DNA from: Takakia lepidozioides
Lineage: Eukaryota; Plantae; Bryophyta
Length of the DNA: 64,000 nucleotides
Direction of reading: 5' to 3'
Assembly (NCBI GenBank): GCA_030704615.1
Contig: CM060734.1
Location: forward strand, 6,386,001 to 6,450,000
Made by a program: the position numbers and the translations under genes. The notes beneath the pieces were generated by a model that saw only the letters and a list, made by a program, of their open reading frames with translations, had not been told where the DNA came from and searched no databases. Of the stretch, positions 60,861 through 64,000 are shown piece after piece. Position 1 is the first letter of the stretch; each line of letters begins with the position of its first letter.

Positions 60861-61567
60861 TCAAATTGGCTGATGTGTACATCAAGATCCCCTTTTCGTG
60901 CATATATTGGAAAAGGTGGCTTTGCCCGTGTTGGAGGTACCGCCATTTATGGCCCTACACCTTGCCCTCTGACAGGTGCTGGTCCTCATGTTGGTGCTAG
61001 TCCTTGAGGACCTGCTGTTGTAGTGGTGGAACTCCAACTTGGTGTTGGCTCCTGAGCACTCCCTGCTATTGGCCCCCCTATATTTGCAGTACCCCCAGCT
61101 CCAGTTGCACTACTTCCCACACTCCCTGTCCCCCCAGAGCCAGATCCAAGCTGCTCGCCTGATCCCCCTGAGCCGACACCTTTGTTGGCCTGTGATCCAA
61201 GTGCTCCACTTGATCCAGGTCCAACAGGTTGGGATGTCCTGGTTGTAGTCTCAACCTCAACTGTTGGGTCTACTTCTTCATACTCTTCATCTTCCAAATT
61301 CTTCTCCCTGTTTTCATCTTCCAAGTTCTTCTCTTGGATTTCTTCTTCCTCACTCATATAACTCAACTGAAGTGGTGTTGGAGAGTTTGAACTCTCCGTT
61401 GGCTCTGCCACATCTTCCTCTTCTCCTTTATCTTGTATTTCAGAAACTAGAGTTCCTGCTCTTGGTGTTCCATGCCAACTCAGATCAAAGATTTCTGTCA
61501 AATCTTAACCCAGGGATGTACCTCAGATCTTTCCCCTCGTGGCTGATCTTTTCATGTACCAAATCCC

Positions 61568-62277
61568 CTAATCTTTCTTGTAAAGAATAAGAGTATGGGT
61601 GTAGCTACTCTGCAGGTCTGGCATCCAACTCTGGTTCTTCCGGTAGGTATTGTTACTCTCTGGCCTTAATGGTGTGAGAGGTCCAGATGATTCCCCTATG
61701 TCTATTCCTCTCTCCCAGAGATATGGATAATTAGCTTTCAAATAACTTTCTTTTTTTGCTGAATATCTGTGGAGTCTAGCTTCCCTTTCATCACTCATGT
61801 CCCATGTCTTTCATATCTTTAATGAGGCAATAACCAAAACTCTCTTCTGTAGTATCTCTAGTATATGTCTGGATTTCTTTCAAGCTTTAATGCACCCTTG
61901 GCTATACTTGAAGGCTCCATTACCATATAACCATATGGCAAGCACGTCTGAAAAGCTGTTCTTGGTGTAAGTTTGATCCACAAAATATCCTTAGGAATCC
62001 AATTCTCTACCAGTACAAATTCTTCATGCATATGAGTAAAAACATTCACTTTCCGTTCCTCCCAGCTTTTAAACTCCACTCGTTTAATGGATAGCAATTC
62101 TATCACATAAACCAGTGTTGGTAACCAACTTGCTCTCCCTCTATAGGCCACTTGATAAATCTCTATCACTCCTTTCTCCAGACCCCACTCTGGATCAGCA
62201 TCATGCACTCTCTCAACAATGTTTTCCTTGCAACCATCTGGCAATTCCAAAAACCTCTGAAAGAATTGTTTGGACAA
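61568..62277 (-). pseudogene. Extra ORF remnant between PBS and gag
   Basis: Two consecutive protein-like ORFs (61858-62277 and 61568-61798) on the gag strand. No motif recognised. Confidence 0.45.
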
Positions 62278-62406
62278 TCATTCTTTCTCAGTTCCAGAAG
62301 GAATTTGACTCACATCAAATTCTTTGATTCTCCATCCACCATGATCCCACCAGATGCCTGTCACATCTGGTTGTTCTTGACTCAGTTCCCACGTATGGTC
62401 GCCAAA

Positions 62407-63453
62407 TGTCGAGCGGCTTTTACTTACCCATCCCTTAGCTATCCGAGGTGGAAACTCCAAGATAGAAGAGTTGGAAATCTCTAAGCACTCAGCCCGCTCA
62501 GAACAATCAGTCATGACCTACAAATAGTGTATCATGGGGGGGCTTCCTATTTGTATTCCTTCTCGCATCATGTAGCAAGTTACCTTACTGTCTATGATTA
62601 AGTATCAGATTGCTTCTACAATCTTCCATGTTCCATCTACCCAAGCATTCATTCCACAACTTCACTCAGGTCTCTCTACACAGTGTGAGTATGAATAATT
62701 GTATCAGATTAATATCTATCAGTATCAGGCCGAAGCCATGGGTCTCTAATCTGCCTCTACAGTGCACTCTACAGCTTGCATGAATCCAGCATCATCTCGT
62801 TGTATCTCCTCCTCTGTGTAATCTCCATCCCTGCGCTCCGAGATCGTGCTCTCTGCCTGATCTCTTCCAATGATGTCCAAGAAGTGACCCCCTCCATGTC
62901 GCTACTCTGCCTATTCTACCTGCAAGTTGTTCTAACCACATAACTAACTAACTGTCATCCAAGACAGAATGCACGTTCCCTCTGCAGATATCGTTCCCAC
63001 AGTCGTTCCCTACCAATGATAATCGTTCCCTGTGAACGCTATGACGGGTTGTGCCAAGCTGTGTCGGGCTATGACTGTGCCGAGCTGTGACTGGCTGTGT
63101 CGGACTGTGTCGGGCTGTGTTGGGCTGTGATAGACTGTGATAGACTGTGACTGACGTGATAGGTTGTGATAGGCGGTGTGTGTAAGGCTGTGTCAAGCTT
63201 GTTAAGACTGTGACAAGCGTGTTGTGTGTTCTGTGTCAGGATTGTTGTGTCAGGCTGCTTTGTCAGGCTTGTGACAAGCTGTGTGTAAGCCCGTGACTGA
63301 CGTGTGTGAGCGTGCCTACCACCCCTAAGGCCTGTGTCTGTCACCCCTAAGGCCTCTGTTGGTCTGAATCTACCATCCGTAAGTCTGCACAAAATTAAGG
63401 GTACCCCACAGAACCCGTAAAACTGTCTAAGTCCCATACAACCCTCTATCACA
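62407..63453 (-). repeat. 5' LTR
   Basis: TG...CA ends, followed by the PBS; homologous to 30372-31389. Confidence 0.88.
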
Positions 63454-64000
63454 TCCAGTTTGCACTAGTACAGCAGCCCATGAGTCACATCTACTTTTGA
63501 GTCCACCCCGTGCACAAATCCATCCCAGCTGCTCACCCGATCAGTCACATATCACTCCACCTCCTAGTTCACATCACCAATCACCCCAATATATTCGGAC
63601 AGCTGCCCCTTCCCAATCCTAGGCCCCCATAGGTGTCTCACGTGCACGTCCCCACCCGGACCCCTAGGAAGTGTAGGCCACCACCGGTACGTGAGGTACG
63701 ACGGCCCGATGATCCTAGGGTTACTGATAAGGAGTATAGGACGATGTTGGAGACACCATTCAGGCCTAGCATTTGGCGCACTAGTGCCTCCGGTCCCCAT
63801 TCCTCAAAGCCAACCATTTTAGTTTTGGGGTCGGCGATATTGTGTGAAAGCCGCCACCAACCCTTCCATGGGTCATGGGCTATTTGCAATGGAGGATATT
63901 GTGGTTTCTCTAGGGAGAGGGCACACAGTGGACTTATTTCCCTACTTTGGCCCATACTACATGTCGTTCCACTGGACGCAAATGCGACGGGTAGCCCCTT

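Larger units (their letters stand above)
54033..63453 (-). mobile_element. Degenerate non-chromoviral Ty3/Gypsy element; its 3' region probably continues at 43325-43620
   Basis: 5' LTR 62407-63453 (tgtgat...ctcgaca), PBS tggcgacc at about 62397-62404, gag, knuckles, PR, RT, RH, INT. No co-oriented 3' LTR in the window. Confidence 0.88.

Noticed and set aside
30372-63453. LTRs 30372-31389 and 62407-63453 as the two ends of one element
   Set aside because: Opposite orientation and clearly diverged, so separate insertions of related families.
63454-64000. Possible further repeat or element end
   Set aside because: No diagnostic motif or second copy in the window; cannot be assigned.

Overview
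Eukaryotic nuclear DNA, most likely from a non-seed land plant (spliceosomal GT-AG introns, a PLS-PPR E+ fragment, plant F-box/kelch and receptor-kinase fragments). Almost the whole window is nested transposable elements and I see no intact host gene. It holds: (i) three near-full-length, degenerate Mutator-like (MULE) DDE transposase genes with an N-terminal Cys/His zinc region and a C-terminal SWIM finger, plus an inverted fragment of one; (ii) a young chromodomain Ty3/Gypsy element (17928-24855) and a solo LTR of the same family; (iii) a non-chromoviral Ty3 element, a related 3' LTR, a 3.25-kb solo LTR and a CACTA end. Two elements stand out. First, a 10.4-kb MULE (43621-54032, 10-bp TSD) carries, divergent from its transposase, a spliced gene fusing a ParB/Srx-like domain to a bacterial-type beta-class N4C/N6A DNA methyltransferase-like domain, with 16 copies of a 22-bp palindrome (mostly GTYRAC-cored) in its introns and 3' of the transposase. 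Second, a Ty3 element (31871-43265) has a DNMT3-like C5 methyltransferase between protease and RT, a PHD finger after integrase, a self-priming-type PBS and circularly permuted terminal repeats (B-internal-A-B-A). All domain calls are from motif recognition by eye, not database searches. Exon boundaries and several element ends are approximate.
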